Source: a virus
Taxonomy: Duplodnaviria; Caudoviricetes
Strand: one strand, 5' to 3'
DNA: 54,077 bases
Virus record (IMG/VR): IMGVR_UViG_3300046095_000185
Span: 1 to 54,077 of that record
Positions within the stretch are counted from its first letter, which is position 1. Every line of letters starts with the position of its first letter. This document shows, in pieces, positions 53,790 through 54,077 of the stretch. The translations under genes and the position numbers were made by a program. The notes under the pieces are model-generated. The model saw nothing but the letters and a program-made list of their open reading frames with translations, was not told where the DNA came from and ran no database searches.

Positions 53790-53859
53790 AAAATATATTT
53801 TTGTTATTGAATTTGATACAACTTTTAAGAAATTATTTGTACAACTTTTTAGGAATATT

Positions 53860-54077
53860 TTATTTCAGCACCGCAGCCGCTCCGGCAACCAGTGCCAGCA
53901 ATGCCACGATCTTTGTTTTTAATTTCTGCCTTTTCAAATCTTTCATTAGGTCGGTTGTCGTATCGAACAGGCTCGTATAGGCTTTCATCAGCCCATCATA
54001 TTGCAGTTTCAAATCAGTGTACAATCTTTTTTGTTCTTCCAATGCCCGTATATAATCATCGGTCTGGCTGTGCATAT
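53860..54077 (-). CDS. 3' part of the spanin-like protein that starts at 546
   Basis: In frame through the terminal repeat; ends KIVALLALVAGAAAVLK. Confidence 0.75.
   Translation of the reverse strand, partial: MHSQTDDYIRALEEQKRLYTDLKLQYDGLMKAYTSLFDTTTDLMKDLKRQKLKTKIVALLALVAGAAAVLK
53952..54077. repeat. Terminal direct repeat, right copy
   Basis: Identical to 6-131. Confidence 0.95.

Overview
The window is an essentially complete, circularly permuted ~53.9-kb tailed-phage (siphovirus-like) genome: 6-131 is identical to 53952-54077, and one gene crosses the join. The host is very probably Bacteroidota, judged from TTTG-N18/19-TAnnTTTG promoters, AT-rich leaders without Shine-Dalgarno sites and D-S/T-X sequons in exported proteins. 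Almost all genes are on the minus strand. In order of transcription: a Cro-like HTH; small accessory genes; an ncRNA-rich gap with a tRNA-like element; recombination genes (RecT-like, YqaJ exonuclease, SMC-like ATPase); replication genes (initiator, Twinkle-type primase-helicase, RuvC-like); two tandem ECF-like sigma factors; ParB-methyltransferase plus radical SAM; terS; a third sigma-like gene; a five-enzyme glycosylation island; terL; tail, head and portal genes; a signal-peptide-bearing SGNH fibre; lysis genes; and a beta-helix/PA14 protein. A short plus-strand arm (47.8-50.5 kb) holds small genes separated by a conserved structured repeat. No integrase was found and the repressor appears truncated. 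The main candidate novel system is a virion-glycosylation/export scheme: PLOD-like GT, GT2, GT4, aminotransferase and acetyltransferase between terS and terL, plus a Sec-signal fibre rich in Bacteroidota O-glycosylation sequons. Also notable are a leaderless late promoter motif (AAACAA-N14-TAYTTA, four copies), a tRNA mimic with a shortened anticodon arm and a 26 x 9-bp Cys repeat. All family calls come from motif recognition by eye; no database search was run.
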